Below, in pieces: positions 63,586-64,000 of a stretch of 64,000 bases of DNA. The DNA lies in the NCBI GenBank assembly GCA_963706595.1, contig OY970166.1, positions 2,272,001-2,336,000 on the forward strand, in the 5' to 3' direction. A program made the translations under genes and the position numbers. Position 1 is the stretch's first letter. The number at the start of each line of letters is the position of its first letter. The DNA is from an uncultured cyanobacterium. Its GTDB lineage: Bacteria > Cyanobacteriota > Cyanobacteriia > Cyanobacteriales > Nostocaceae. The notes under the pieces were generated by a model, which saw only the letters and a list, made by a program, of their open reading frames with translations, had not been told where the DNA came from and searched no databases.

Positions 63586-63743
63586 ATTTTCCTACATCGG
63601 TCTTGTAGTTTTCTATTTTATTATTTTCCCAAATTGTCGGCGTTTTATGAGGGTTGGGTGGATTTGTGTCACGCATCAGCGAAGCGAAGCACGAAGTGCG
63701 TTAGGCGCAAAGGCGCAAAGGTAGGAAGAAAAAGTAAGCTGGA

Positions 63744-64000
63744 TTATTTGAAGATTAAATCTAAGCGTTGTTGGGTGATTTTTAGGGCTTCTGTTGGGGT
63801 GTTTTGACTGAGTAATACTGATTCTATGGCTCGGCCTAAGCTGTCGGATATGCGATTATAACCGGGAAAGATGGGTCGCGATCGCCCATATTTAGCCTGG
63901 TCTAAAAATACTTGCACGGGTGGCAGTTTGTTGACAAATTCTTGATATTGTGCATCTTGGCGAGACTTCAAGTTAATTGGTAAGTAGCCTGTTCCTAATG
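63744..64000 (-). CDS. C-terminus of a carbohydrate ABC substrate-binding protein (runs off window)
   Basis: GTGYLP...RSRP.FPGY..ISD.LGRAIE. Confidence 0.7.
   Translation of the reverse strand, partial: LGTGYLPINLKSRQDAQYQEFVNKLPPVQVFLDQAKYGRSRPIFPGYNRISDSLGRAIESVLLSQNTPTEALKITQQRLDLIFK

Noticed and set aside
63586..63743. Cobalamin riboswitch upstream of metH
   Set aside because: Region is short, contains small dispersed repeats and has no recognisable B12 box

Overview
Chromosomal segment of a filamentous heterocyst-forming (Nostocales-like) cyanobacterium. This is inferred from psbV, petE, psbD, frequent HIP1 (GCGATCGC) octamers and STRR heptamer arrays. Most genes are housekeeping (purB, hemH, accD, pilD, leuB, queD, cysK, clpC, mlaD/F-like, metH, tRNA-Asn, and the petRP copper-switch pair). 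Accessory or unusual content: (i) an orphan 21-repeat CRISPR array (type I-D-like repeat) with its own promoter, antisense inside a sugar-ABC gene cluster; (ii) an AT-rich CHAT-protease/AAA + AAA/TM gene pair converging on a caspase-lipase fusion and bordered by MITE-like elements; (iii) an unannotated ~295-nt structured transcript with a 23-codon ORF and two mutually exclusive folds, downstream of a divergent stand-alone psbD; (iv) a STAND-like ATPase pair with a 28-unit GxxxG repeat, preceded by a HIP1-bounded 176-bp duplicate of the petR/petP junction; (v) an ABC-ATPase + TOPRIM (PARIS/OLD-like) pair; (vi) a TIR-GUN4, VapBC and HsdR-N-like cluster. Three single-base frameshifts (hemH, cysK, a small conserved ORF) look like homopolymer sequencing errors. 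All family assignments come from motif recognition, not database searches.
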